Shown here one piece after another: positions 1 through 8,999 of a stretch of DNA of 64,000 nt. How positions within the stretch are numbered: position 1 is the stretch's first letter; each line of letters opens with the position of its first letter. The notes under the pieces are model-generated. The model did not search any database. It saw nothing but the letters and a program-made list of their open reading frames with translations, and was not told the DNA's origin. Made by a program: the position numbers and the translations under genes. Source of the stretch: an uncultured Candidatus Rokubacteria bacterium (GTDB lineage Bacteria > Methylomirabilota > Methylomirabilia > Rokubacteriales > DASRDR01); contig CAWGVS010000004.1 in assembly GCA_963826115.1 (NCBI GenBank), forward strand, positions 196,373-260,372, read 5' to 3'.

Positions 1-351
1 CAGGAGCGCGACGTACTCGTAGCCGGCCCAGGTCCGCCCGATGGTCGCGTCGACCACCGTCCCCTTGAGAATCACGTTCTGGCGCACGTAGCCGATGAGC
101 AGACCGAGGAGCAGCACGGCGGCGTTCAGCGAGGCCGCGAGGCGCGTCCAGAGCCCGATCACGAGCATCGCCCCGCCGATCCCGTTGATCGCGATCACGC
201 CGACCGCGAGGATCGTGTGGACGTGGAAGCCGAGCTTCTCGATGTACGCGGCCAGGCCCTTGGGTGTCGCGACGAACAGGGCGAGGTACGCTTGGAAGAG
301 ATAGACCGCCCCGACGATCGTGCGGAGGGCGATTCCGGCATACGCGCTCAC
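1..351 (-). CDS. DoxX-family membrane protein (3' end beyond window)
   Basis: Not in ORF track. Manual translation from GTG at 351: MSAYAGIALRTIVGAVYLFQAY...GGAMLVIGLWTRLAA...WAGYEYVALL; LR..G, G.LL.GL.TR and GYEY motifs are typical of DoxX. Confidence 0.75.
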   Translation of the reverse strand, partial: MSAYAGIALRTIVGAVYLFQAYLALFVATPKGLAAYIEKLGFHVHTILAVGVIAINGIGGAMLVIGLWTRLAASLNAAVLLLGLLIGYVRQNVILKGTVVDATIGRTWAGYEYVALL

Positions 352-458
352 CGGACGACCCCCACGAGCCGCGAACGGGCAGGGACAGACATGGGCCTCG
401 GCCCCCAATGCCGCCAGAATCCGGGGGGCGCGTCAAGCCCATGCCACCCGGCCTCCGT

Positions 459-488
459 TTGACACCGAGGGCGGCGTCTTCGTAGGCT
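459..488 (+). promoter_or_regulatory. sigma70-type promoter TTGACA-N18-TAGGCT, probably leaderless
   Basis: Perfect -35; -10 ends 7 nt before ATG 496, no SD. Confidence 0.6.
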
Positions 489-495
489 GAGCGGG

Positions 496-1062
496 ATGAC
501 GCACCACGCGACGCGCCTTCGGGCCGCCGCCGTGCCATCCCCGCGGATGGACGCGCTCGGGCGCGAGGCCCGGCAGGCGTGGCGCGCGCGTCTGATTCTC
601 GCGGCAATCGTCGCCTCGCTGCTGGGCGCGTCTCCGGTTGTCGCGGCGCATCCTCCGGACGCGCACGGGAGCCTGTCGTCCGATCCGGCGGCGGGGACGG
701 CGCCGGCGGGCTCGCTGGCCGGCGTCGTGCTCCTGTACGCGGGGGCGTTCGCACTGCCCCTCTTGTTGGCGGCCCCGCGCCCGCGACGCCTCCTCCCGGT
801 GGTGACCGCCGCCCTGCTCGTCGGGTTCGCGGGAGAGACCGCGCTCCACTCCGCCCATCATCTCGGAGATCCGGCGGGTGCCGAGCAATGCCCGGCGTTC
901 TCGGCGTCCCAGCACCTGCCCGCGTTAGGGCTCGAGGGCGGCACGCCCATCGTCGACAGCGCCGTGCCCGCGGCCCGGCTGGTGGTTGGGCCGGTTGCCC
1001 GTCCTCCGGCGGTCGTTTCCGACCAGCTGCAGCCTCGCGCGCCGCCCGTTCCTCCCGCCTAG
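496..1062 (+). CDS. Exported/membrane leader protein with His/Cys patch and C-terminal RAPP motif (DUF2946/CruR/CutF-like)
   Basis: Signal-like segment ending VAA-HPPDAH, two further hydrophobic helices, HSAHH...CPAF, C-terminal QPRAPPVPPA; lies upstream of an OM barrel and copC. Confidence 0.65.
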   Translation: MTHHATRLRAAAVPSPRMDALGREARQAWRARLILAAIVASLLGASPVVAAHPPDAHGSLSSDPAAGTAPAGSLAGVVLLYAGAFALPLLLAAPRPRRLLPVVTAALLVGFAGETALHSAHHLGDPAGAEQCPAFSASQHLPALGLEGGTPIVDSAVPAARLVVGPVARPPAVVSDQLQPRAPPVPPA

Positions 1063-1159
1063 CTCCGCGTTTCACTCGCCGAGACTCGGTCCGCGCGGCC
1101 GGACTGCATCCAGATCCGATCGCGCTCGACCACGCGGAACCTTCGACGCGGAGGTGCGT
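1063..1159 (+). promoter_or_regulatory. SD-sequestering RNA elements upstream of the OM barrel gene
   Basis: CTCCGCGT (1063-1070) is the reverse complement of ACGCGGAG (1146-1153); local hairpin 1139-1145/1149-1155 also buries GGAGG (1150-1154). Confidence 0.5.
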
Positions 1160-1160
1160 A

Positions 1161-2162
1161 ATGATCTCAGCACGGAAGCTCCTTCACTGGCCGGGGGCCG
1201 GGTCCCGCACAGAGCGCCGGAGACCGTCCCACGCGGTGCCGCCGCATCGCTCATCGTCCGTCACGGGACGCCTCCGCCGCTGGGCGGGGTGGGGAACCGT
1301 GGCCCTCCTGGCCGCGATCGCGCTCTCGCCCGATGCCGCGTTGGCCCACGGGCTGGCGGGGCGACGATTCTTCCCGGCGACCCTGGTCATCGAGGACCCG
1401 TTCGTCGCCGACGAGCTGGCGCTGCCATCCTTCTCGACGATCAAGACCCCCGAGGGGCGCGAGACGAGCATTGGCGCCGAGCTGGCCAAGAGCATCACGC
1501 CCAACTTGGGCGTGTCGGTCGGCGCTGAGTACCTCATTCTCGATCCGGCCGAATCGGGGGAGCCGAGCACGGACGGGTTCGCGAATCCCGAGATCGGGGT
1601 GAAGTACGTGCTCTTCAAGAGCGACGCTCACGAGAGCATCATCTCCCTGGCCTTCGACTGGGAGATCGGCGGGGTGGGCAAGGAGGCCGTCGGCGCCTCG
1701 TCCTCCTCGACCATCGGCCCGTCGCTGCTCTTCGGCCAGGGGCTCGGCGATCTCCCCGACGCGCTCGCGTACCTCCGGCCGCTGGCGATCACCGGCGTTT
1801 TCGGGGCCGAGATCCCGTTCGCGAACGACGACGCCATCAGCCTCACCTACGGCATCGCGATCGAGTACAGCCTCCGCTATCTCCAGAACGTCGTGCGGGA
1901 CGTGGGCCTTCCGCGGTTCGTGAGCCAGATCAGCCCGATCGTGGAGCTGATCTTCGAGACCCCGATCGAGGGCGAGGAGAAGTGGAAGACGACCGGCACG
2001 GTGAATCCGGGGCTGATCTGGGCCGGCAAGTACGTCGAGGTCGGCGTGGAAGCCATCATTCCCATCAACCAGCGCACCGGGAAGGACGTGGGGGTGCGCG
2101 CGCTCGTGCACTTCTTCCTGGATGATCTGTGGCCTGCGGTCTTCCGGCCGATTGTCCCGTAG
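1161..2162 (+). CDS. Putative outer-membrane beta-barrel metal (Cu) uptake protein
   Basis: SD GGAGG then ATG 1161; signal peptide ending ALA-H; HGLAGRRFFPATL..DP..ADE start; alternating beta-strand pattern; adjacent to copC. Confidence 0.6.
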   Translation: MISARKLLHWPGAGSRTERRRPSHAVPPHRSSSVTGRLRRWAGWGTVALLAAIALSPDAALAHGLAGRRFFPATLVIEDPFVADELALPSFSTIKTPEGRETSIGAELAKSITPNLGVSVGAEYLILDPAESGEPSTDGFANPEIGVKYVLFKSDAHESIISLAFDWEIGGVGKEAVGASSSSTIGPSLLFGQGLGDLPDALAYLRPLAITGVFGAEIPFANDDAISLTYGIAIEYSLRYLQNVVRDVGLPRFVSQISPIVELIFETPIEGEEKWKTTGTVNPGLIWAGKYVEVGVEAIIPINQRTGKDVGVRALVHFFLDDLWPAVFRPIVP

Positions 2163-2169
2163 GTGAGCG

Positions 2170-2556
2170 ATGGCGCGACAGAGCCGACCGAGGAGTCTCG
2201 CCGTCCTGCTGCTTGTCGCCGTGAGCCTCGGAGGCGCGCGTGCTGCATGGGCGCACTCTTTCCCGGAGCGGGCGGAACCCAGGGTAGGCTCAACGGTCCA
2301 GGGGTCTCCGCCCGCGGTCCGGATCTGGTTCGACGGCGAGCTCGAGCCCAGGTTCTGTCGGGTCACGGTCGTGGACGGCGGCGGTCGCCGGGTCGATCGC
2401 GGCGACGCGCGCGTCGATGCCAGCAACCGGCGTCTCCTCCAGGTCACGCTCCCACCGCTCACGCCGGGAATCTACAAGGTGGAGTGGGCGGTACTGTCGA
2501 TCGACGGTCATCGCACCACGGGAGATTACCGATTCACGGTGAAGAGCGTCGAGTGA
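2170..2556 (+). CDS. copC: Periplasmic copper-binding protein CopC
   Basis: Signal AWA-H (His1), P....V, YKVEWAVLSIDGH...G.YRF. Confidence 0.9.
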   Translation: MARQSRPRSLAVLLLVAVSLGGARAAWAHSFPERAEPRVGSTVQGSPPAVRIWFDGELEPRFCRVTVVDGGGRRVDRGDARVDASNRRLLQVTLPPLTPGIYKVEWAVLSIDGHRTTGDYRFTVKSVE

Positions 2557-2632
2557 GGGGCTCGGGAGTCTGCCGGACCACCAGGCGGCCACGCGGGTGG
2601 GCCCGTCACGGCGGCCGCGGACCCCCGCAAGC

Positions 2633-2662
2633 TTGACAGTCGGCGTGGGCGGCGGGTAGGGT
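2633..2662 (+). promoter_or_regulatory. sigma70-type promoter TTGACA-N18-TAGGGT
   Basis: Perfect -35; -10 ends 9 nt before ATG 2672. Confidence 0.55.
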
Positions 2663-2671
2663 GGCCGAGGC

Positions 2672-3652
2672 ATGGCCGCGCGCTCGATCTTCGTGACCTG
2701 GCCGATGGAAGCGGCGGTGCGGGCCATCCTCGAGCCGGTCGCCACGGTCCGCACGAGTCACACCGAGCACGAGCTGCCGCCCGCCGAGCTCGCCCGCCAC
2801 GTCACCGACGTCGAGGCGATCATCCCGATGGGCGCGCACCCGATCCCCGAGCCGGTCATCGCCGCCGCGCCGCGCCTCCGCATCGTGGCGGTGGCCGCCG
2901 TCGGGTACAACATCGTCGACGTCGCCGCGGCGACCCGCCGCGGGATCCTCGTGACGAACACGCCGGGCGTGCTGACCGACACGACGGCGGACATGGCGTG
3001 GGCCCTCATGCTCGGCGTGGCACGCCGCGTGCCCGAGAGCGACCGCTTCGTTCGCGCCGGGAAGTGGACGGGCGTCTACTGGAGCCAACTGATGGGCGCC
3101 GACGTGCACGGGATGACGCTCGGCATCATCGGCCTCGGCCGGATCGGCCAGGCGATCGCGCGGCGGGCCCAGGGTTTCGGCATGCGCGTCCTCTACCACA
3201 AGCGGACGCGCGACCCCGAGACCGAGCGGGGCGTCGGCGCAGAGTACCGGTCGAAGGCCGAGCTCCTCCGGGAGTCCGACTTCGTCGTGCTCTCGATCCC
3301 CCTGACGCCCGAGACGCGGCACATCATCGGCGCCGCCGAGCTGGCGCTGATGAAGCCGACGGCCTTCCTGGTGAACGTCGCGCGCGGGCCAGTGGTCGAC
3401 GAGGCCGCGCTGGTCGACGCGCTCCGGGCCGGGCGCATCGCCGGGGCGGGGCTCGACGTCTTCGAGGAGGAGCCGAAGATCCACCCGGGGCTCCTCGAGC
3501 TGGAGAACGTCGCGCTGACGCCGCACATCGGCTCGGCGTCGGGCGCCACGCGGCGCCGGATGGCGACGCGCGCCGCGGAGAACTGCGTGGCCGCGCTCCG
3601 GGGCGAGCGCCCGCCGAACCTCGTCAACCCCGAGGCCTGGCGGTCGGCATGA
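2672..3652 (+). CDS. D-glycerate dehydrogenase/glyoxylate reductase (D-2-hydroxyacid dehydrogenase)
   Basis: VTNTPGVLT, GIIGLGRIG, NVARG, GLDVFEEEP, PHIGS. Confidence 0.9.
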   Translation: MAARSIFVTWPMEAAVRAILEPVATVRTSHTEHELPPAELARHVTDVEAIIPMGAHPIPEPVIAAAPRLRIVAVAAVGYNIVDVAAATRRGILVTNTPGVLTDTTADMAWALMLGVARRVPESDRFVRAGKWTGVYWSQLMGADVHGMTLGIIGLGRIGQAIARRAQGFGMRVLYHKRTRDPETERGVGAEYRSKAELLRESDFVVLSIPLTPETRHIIGAAELALMKPTAFLVNVARGPVVDEAALVDALRAGRIAGAGLDVFEEEPKIHPGLLELENVALTPHIGSASGATRRRMATRAAENCVAALRGERPPNLVNPEAWRSA

Positions 3653-5085
3653 GCCGCGGCAAGCTCTGGCTCTTCCTCCTGATCCTGCTGCTCGCGGGCG
3701 GCGGGTTCCTGGTCTGGCGGCAGCGGCAGCCCGTCGTGCAGGTGACGATCGAGCCGGCGTTCGCCGCGCTCGGTCAGGCGGCCCGCCCGATCACGCTGGT
3801 GCTCGACGCGCCCGCGGCCAACCTGGCGGCGGTCGAGGTGCGGGTGGTCCAGCAGGGCACAGCCCGCCCGGTCCTGAGCGAGGACCTGACCGGCGCCGCG
3901 ACCCGGAGCCTGAAGAAGGCGGTCACGCTCGACGCCGCCGCGCTCAAGCTCCAGGAGGGCCCGGCGGAGCTCGAGGTCGAGGCGAAGGACACGCTCTGGC
4001 GGCCGCGTCCGCCGCGCGGGCCCCGCCTGGTCCACCGCTTCACCGTCGACCTGACGCCGCCGAAGCTCGAGCTCAAGACGGCCACGGGCTACCTCAAGCA
4101 CGCCGGGGCGGGCGTCGTCGTCTTCCGCGCGGAGGGCGCGGCGCGCGCCGGGGTCCGGGTCGGCAACGAGTTCTTCCCGGGCGTCGCGGGGCTCGCCCAG
4201 GACCCTGCCGTCCAGGTCGCCCTCTTCGTGATCCCCTTCAACGGCCCGGAGGTCGCGCCGTCCGTGGTGGCCACGGACGAGGCGGGCAACGAGCGCGTGA
4301 TCGGCGTGCCGGTGACCTTCCTGCCGGTGCGATTTCCGAAGGACATCATCACGCTCACCGAGCCGTTCCTCCGCCGGAAGATGTCGGAGCTCGTGCCGCA
4401 GACGCCCGCCAGCGCCTCGGTCGAGGCGCTCCTCCAGGCCTTCCTGAAGGTCAACGGCGAGGGGCGCAAGGGGTTCGAGGCGAAGAACCGGGAGATCGGA
4501 CGCGGAGAGACCTCCCCGAAGCCCCTCTGGACCGGCCCGTTCCGCCAGCAGTCGAACACCAAGGTCTTCGCCAACTTCCCGGAGGAGCGGACGTACCAGA
4601 TGGACGGTCGCACCGTCGACACCCAGTGGCACCTGGGCATCGACCTCGCGTCGAACAAGCAGAGCCCGATCGAGGCGTCGAACGGCGGCAAGGTCGTGTT
4701 CACCGGGCCCAACGGCATCTACGGGAACATGGTCATCGTGGATCATGGGCTCGGTCTGATGAGCCTCTACGCCCACCTCTCGGACATCGCGGTCAAAGTC
4801 GGGCAGACGGTCCAGAAGGGCGAGCTGCTCGGCCGGAGCGGCGAGACGGGCCTGGCCGGCGGCGACCACCTCCACTTCGCGATGCTGATCCACGGGGTGT
4901 ACACGAGCCCGATCGAGTGGTGGGACGATCACTGGCGGAAGGACCGGATCGCGAAGCCGCTCGTCGACGCCGGCATCACGCTGCCGGGGATCACCGACGG
5001 CGCGTCCGCAACCGCCGGCCCCCCGGGGGGCCCCACCGCGCCCCCGCCGCCCGCGAAGCGTCGGCCCGCACGCGCCCGGCGCTGA
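3649..5085 (+). CDS. M23-family metallopeptidase with N-terminal anchor
   Basis: ATGA overlap with upstream gene; N-terminal TM; HLGID (HxxxD), YGN.V..DHG, YAHL, HLH. Confidence 0.9.
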   Translation: MSRGKLWLFLLILLLAGGGFLVWRQRQPVVQVTIEPAFAALGQAARPITLVLDAPAANLAAVEVRVVQQGTARPVLSEDLTGAATRSLKKAVTLDAAALKLQEGPAELEVEAKDTLWRPRPPRGPRLVHRFTVDLTPPKLELKTATGYLKHAGAGVVVFRAEGAARAGVRVGNEFFPGVAGLAQDPAVQVALFVIPFNGPEVAPSVVATDEAGNERVIGVPVTFLPVRFPKDIITLTEPFLRRKMSELVPQTPASASVEALLQAFLKVNGEGRKGFEAKNREIGRGETSPKPLWTGPFRQQSNTKVFANFPEERTYQMDGRTVDTQWHLGIDLASNKQSPIEASNGGKVVFTGPNGIYGNMVIVDHGLGLMSLYAHLSDIAVKVGQTVQKGELLGRSGETGLAGGDHLHFAMLIHGVYTSPIEWWDDHWRKDRIAKPLVDAGITLPGITDGASATAGPPGGPTAPPPPAKRRPARARR

Positions 5086-5105
5086 GGGCGGGCGCCCGGG
5101 AGCGC

Positions 5106-5306
5106 CTACCAGGGACGGGCGGCGCGCCCCTCGAGGACGACGGCGAGCACCGTGCCGCCGACGGCGATGAGCAGACACAGGAAGGCGAAGAGACGCGGTC
5201 CGCGCGGAAGGCCCTCGGCCGGGCGGAAGCCCAGCCAGCTCCAGATGGCGCCGAACCCCATCAGGCCCAGCGCCAGCGCGAGATAGGCCAGCCAGAGGCG
5301 TTCCAT
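5106..5306 (-). CDS. Small two-TM membrane protein
   Basis: 66 aa, two clean hydrophobic helices, GC3-rich codons. Confidence 0.55.
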   Translation of the reverse strand: MERLWLAYLALALGLMGFGAIWSWLGFRPAEGLPRGPRLFAFLCLLIAVGGTVLAVVLEGRAARPW

Positions 5307-5446
5307 CCGTGACAGTGTGGTGCACCGGCCGGTCGGGAAGCAAGGGCCTTGCCGCCGGGGAGCGCCCCGCCGGCCTCCGGCCGGCCCCCGGCTTCACCCG
5401 GGCCGCGTGATCGGCTAGACTAGGCCCGGCTCTCGCCGGAGGCCGC

Positions 5447-5566
5447 GTGGTACTGGTCAGTCGCTGCCTACGTTGCGGCTACGTTCAGCCCGGGGACGAC
5501 CCCCCAGAGCGCTGCCCCCACTGCGGGGCCCCGACGGAAGACTTCGAGCTCGTGGAAGAAGATTGA
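5447..5566 (+). CDS. Rubredoxin-like/zinc-ribbon miniprotein (39 aa)
   Basis: Below ORF-track cutoff. SD GGAGG 5438-5442, GTG start, MVLVSRCLRCGYVQPGDDPPERCPHCGAPTEDFELVEED. Confidence 0.85.
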   Translation: MVLVSRCLRCGYVQPGDDPPERCPHCGAPTEDFELVEED

Positions 5567-5597
5567 GCCCGGCGCGAGTCGGGCGGGAGGTGCTCCT

Positions 5598-6419
5598 ATG
5601 GCCATCGTGACGATCGCGCACGAGACGGGGTCTGGCGGCCCCGAAATCGGGATCGAGCTGGCCAAGCGCCTGGGCTGGCGCTACGTCGACCGGGACATGC
5701 TGTCCGAGGCCGCCCAGCGGTACGGGGTGGGCGAGGACAAGCTGACCGAGCTCGACGAGAAGAAGCCGTCCCTCTTCGAGCGGTTCGACGTCGAGACCCG
5801 GCAGTACATCACCGTCCTCCAGTCCGCGCTCCTGGACGCTGCCGAGCAGGACAACGTCGTCATCAACTCGCGGGGCGGGCAGATGCTGCTACGCGGCATC
5901 TCGCACGTCCTCCGGGTGTTCGTGATCGCGCCGTTCGAGCTCCGGGTCAAGCGGGTCATGAACAAGATGGCCGGGCAGGCGCAGGAAGGGGTGGACGTCC
6001 GGACGACGGTGGAGATGGTCCGCCACAGCGACCAAGAGAAGCACGGGCGGATCCGCTACCTCTACGACGTCGACTGGGGCGACCCGGCGCTGTACGACCT
6101 CGTGCTCAACACCGAGAAGCTCACGATCGACGCGGGCGTCGAGGCGATCACCGGCCTCGTCCGAAGCCTCACCGCCACGCCCGAGTCGCGGCAGCAGGTG
6201 CGGGACCGGGCGCTCGCCTCGCGCGTGCGCTCCGCGCTGGCCGCGCACCCGGACACGCGCAAGTACCGGCTCACCGTCGAGTCCGAGCGGGGCGTGATCC
6301 GGCTGGAGGGCACCGCGGCGCTCGAGCGCGCGGCCGACGTGGCCCGGACGGTGCCCGGCGTGGTGGACGTCAAGGGCCAGCTGCTCGAGGTGCCGCCCAT
6401 CCCGCCCTTCGTCGCCTGA
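5598..6419 (+). CDS. Cytidylate-kinase-like protein with C-terminal BON domain
   Basis: ITIA.ETGSGG..IG..LA..LG, VI..RGG, YDLVLNT; C-terminal BON-like G.I.LEG...VPGV..V. Confidence 0.85.
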   Translation: MAIVTIAHETGSGGPEIGIELAKRLGWRYVDRDMLSEAAQRYGVGEDKLTELDEKKPSLFERFDVETRQYITVLQSALLDAAEQDNVVINSRGGQMLLRGISHVLRVFVIAPFELRVKRVMNKMAGQAQEGVDVRTTVEMVRHSDQEKHGRIRYLYDVDWGDPALYDLVLNTEKLTIDAGVEAITGLVRSLTATPESRQQVRDRALASRVRSALAAHPDTRKYRLTVESERGVIRLEGTAALERAADVARTVPGVVDVKGQLLEVPPIPPFVA

Positions 6420-6455
6420 TGGACCGTTCCCTCCCAGGGGGATCGATCGAGCGGC

Positions 6456-7172
6456 CTACCGGACCTTGACGACCCGACTCACGATTCCGCGGCGCGCGAG
6501 GGACTCCCGGTACGCCTGGGCGTCGGCGCGTCGCGCGAACTGGCCGTACCGGATGTGGTACTGCCCGCTCGGCCCCACGGCCTCGCTCACGCGCACCTCG
6601 AATCCGCGCGCGCGGACCGGCCGCGCCGCCGCCACGGCGGCGGCCAGCGACGGGTGCCGTCCGAGGACCAGCTCGGGGGCGCCCCCCTCCTCGACGACGG
6701 TGCCGCGCCCGATTTCCCGGGCGGCCTGCCGGGCCTCGTCGGCGGACCCGAAGCCCGTCGCCGTGACCACGAAGAAGCGGGCCGTGTCCTCCTTGCGGAA
6801 GCGCACCGTGGCGTGTCCCAGGCGGTTCAGCTCGGCCTCGAGGCGGTCGACGGTCTCGCCGGGCGGGAACGGCCCACTCTCGAGCGCGTATCGCTCGGGC
6901 ACGGGGGCGGGAGTGCGGGGCGCTGCGGGGGCGCCCGTGGTCGGGGGCGCGGACTGCCCGGGTCCCGGGGCCCGCTCGGGCGGCGTCCCGTCGGCCGGGC
7001 CAGGGGCGGCCGGGATCGCCACCACGGAGGGCGGCGGCGTGGCAAGGCCGCGCCACCTCGGCCAGGGCCCGACGAGGCGATCGACCAGGAGCCACCCGAG
7101 GACAGCCACCAGCACGACCACGCTCGCGGCCGCCAGCGGCACATGGGTGTAGCGCGAGATGAGCCACCGCAT
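6456..7172 (-). CDS. SPOR-domain membrane-anchored protein
   Basis: N-terminal TM, Pro-rich linker, YALESGPF and YHIRYGQF..R.DA SPOR-like motifs. Confidence 0.7.
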   Translation of the reverse strand: MRWLISRYTHVPLAAASVVVLVAVLGWLLVDRLVGPWPRWRGLATPPPSVVAIPAAPGPADGTPPERAPGPGQSAPPTTGAPAAPRTPAPVPERYALESGPFPPGETVDRLEAELNRLGHATVRFRKEDTARFFVVTATGFGSADEARQAAREIGRGTVVEEGGAPELVLGRHPSLAAAVAAARPVRARGFEVRVSEAVGPSGQYHIRYGQFARRADAQAYRESLARRGIVSRVVKVR

Positions 7173-7252
7173 CGGAGGTCAGGCATGATGTTCGAGACCG
7201 CGCTCGGCGAAGTCAAGTTCGTTCTGGGCGGCGCCGGCCCGCCGAGCCTCGC

Positions 7253-8419
7253 GTGAGCCGAGTCCTCCTGAAGGGCGGGCTCGCGATCCTGGTGGCCCTG
7301 GCCGCGGGCCTCGGGATCGGGGCCGGGTTCCAGCTGGCCGGTCTCCGCTGGCCGACCGCCGCGCCCCCGCCGCCTCGACAGACCGGGCCGACGACCGCGG
7401 ACGTCCAGCGCGCGTTCGTGGGCGTCGCCGACCACCTGCGGCCCGCGGTCGTGAACATCGCCACCGCGCACTTCCTTCGGCGGCAGCGCCCGCGCGGGGG
7501 GACGCCCAGCCCGAGCACGCCGCCGAGCCTCCGGGACTACTTCGACCAGTACTTCGGCCAGATACCTCCCGGCGAGCGCGAGCGCGCCGGCGTCGGCTCC
7601 GGCGTCATCATCGACGCGCAGGGGCACATCCTGACGAACCTCCACGTCATCAAGGGCGCGGACGAGATCACCGTCCGCTTCCACAACAAGAAGGAGGTTG
7701 CGGGCAAGGTCGTGGGCACGGACGCGGCGACGGACCTGGCCGTGATCCGGATCCCCGCCGGGGAGGGCGTGGTCGCGGCGAAGCTCGGCGACTCCGACAA
7801 GATCGAGGTCGGCGAATGGGCCATCGCGATCGGGAGCCCGTTCGGCCTCGAGCAGACCGTCACGGTGGGCGTGGTGAGCGCGACGGGCCGGTCGGAGGTC
7901 GGGATCGTCCCGAACGAGAACTTCATCCAGACCGACGCATCCATCAACCCGGGCAACTCGGGCGGCCCGCTTCTCAATGCCCAGGGCGAGGTCATCGGCA
8001 TCAACACCGCGATCCTGTCGTCGGGCCAGGGGATCGGCTTCGCGATCCCCATCAACACGGCCCGGCGGGTCGCGAGCGCCCTGATCGCGCGCGGCCGCGT
8101 GCAGCGCGGCTGGATCGGGGTTGGGCTCGAGCCGATGAGCGACGACCTGGCCAAGGCGCTCGGCGCGCCCAAGGGGCAGGGCGTGGTGGTCAAGCGCGTG
8201 CTGCCGGGCGGGCCGGCAGAGAAGGCGGGCATCCAGCCCAACGACGTGATCGTGCGCTTCGGCGAGACGACCGTGACCGACCTCCAGCACCTCCAGCGCC
8301 TCGTCCTCGACGCGGCGGTCGAGAAGCCGGTGGCCCTCAAGGTCCTCCGGCAGGGCAAGGAGGTCCCGGTGTCGATCACCATCACCGAGGCGCCGCCGGA
8401 GCGCCCCGGGGCATCCTGA
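7253..8419 (+). CDS. HtrA/DegP-family serine protease with one PDZ domain
   Basis: GSGVII, TNLHV, TDLAV, IQTDASINPGNSGGPL, C-terminal PDZ. Confidence 0.95.
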   Translation: MSRVLLKGGLAILVALAAGLGIGAGFQLAGLRWPTAAPPPPRQTGPTTADVQRAFVGVADHLRPAVVNIATAHFLRRQRPRGGTPSPSTPPSLRDYFDQYFGQIPPGERERAGVGSGVIIDAQGHILTNLHVIKGADEITVRFHNKKEVAGKVVGTDAATDLAVIRIPAGEGVVAAKLGDSDKIEVGEWAIAIGSPFGLEQTVTVGVVSATGRSEVGIVPNENFIQTDASINPGNSGGPLLNAQGEVIGINTAILSSGQGIGFAIPINTARRVASALIARGRVQRGWIGVGLEPMSDDLAKALGAPKGQGVVVKRVLPGGPAEKAGIQPNDVIVRFGETTVTDLQHLQRLVLDAAVEKPVALKVLRQGKEVPVSITITEAPPERPGAS

Positions 8420-8432
8420 GGCGGCCCCGCCC

Positions 8433-8999
8433 ATGGTCTTCTCCTGGCGTCGCCTCCGCGAGCGGGCGACCCACGTGCTCCACCTGGACGAGGAGCCGTC
8501 GCGCCTGGCCGCCGGCATGGCGGTGGGCGTGTTCATCGGGGTCACGCCCTTCTACGGGCTCCACACGCTGATCGCGCTTGGCGCCGCCTCCGTGTTCCGG
8601 CTCAACAAGGCGGCGACGATCACCGGCGCGTGGCTGAACCTCCCCTGGTTCGCGCCCTTCGTCTACGGGTTCTGTCTCACCCTGGGCGAGGCGGTCCTGA
8701 CGGGCGACTGGAGCCGCTTCTCGATGGCGAGCGTCCACGGGCTCGCCGAGTCGGCCGGCGCGTACCTCCGCGCCGGCCCGCGGGAGACGGCCGACAACCT
8801 CTGGCAGCTCGTGTGGAGCATGCTGTTCGTCGCGTCGAAGCCGCTTTTCGTCGGGACGACCATCGTGGGGATCGTCCTCGGCGTGGCGGCCTATTTCATC
8901 ACGCTCGAGGCCGTCCGCGACGTCCGCCGGCTGCGCGCCCGCATCCATGCCCACGAGACCCCGGGGCCGCGACCCCCGGGCACCGAGCCCACGCCCTGA
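8433..8999 (+). CDS. DUF2062-domain membrane protein
   Basis: P..LA.G.A.G.F.G..PFYG.H...RLNK motif. Confidence 0.85.
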   Translation: MVFSWRRLRERATHVLHLDEEPSRLAAGMAVGVFIGVTPFYGLHTLIALGAASVFRLNKAATITGAWLNLPWFAPFVYGFCLTLGEAVLTGDWSRFSMASVHGLAESAGAYLRAGPRETADNLWQLVWSMLFVASKPLFVGTTIVGIVLGVAAYFITLEAVRDVRRLRARIHAHETPGPRPPGTEPTP

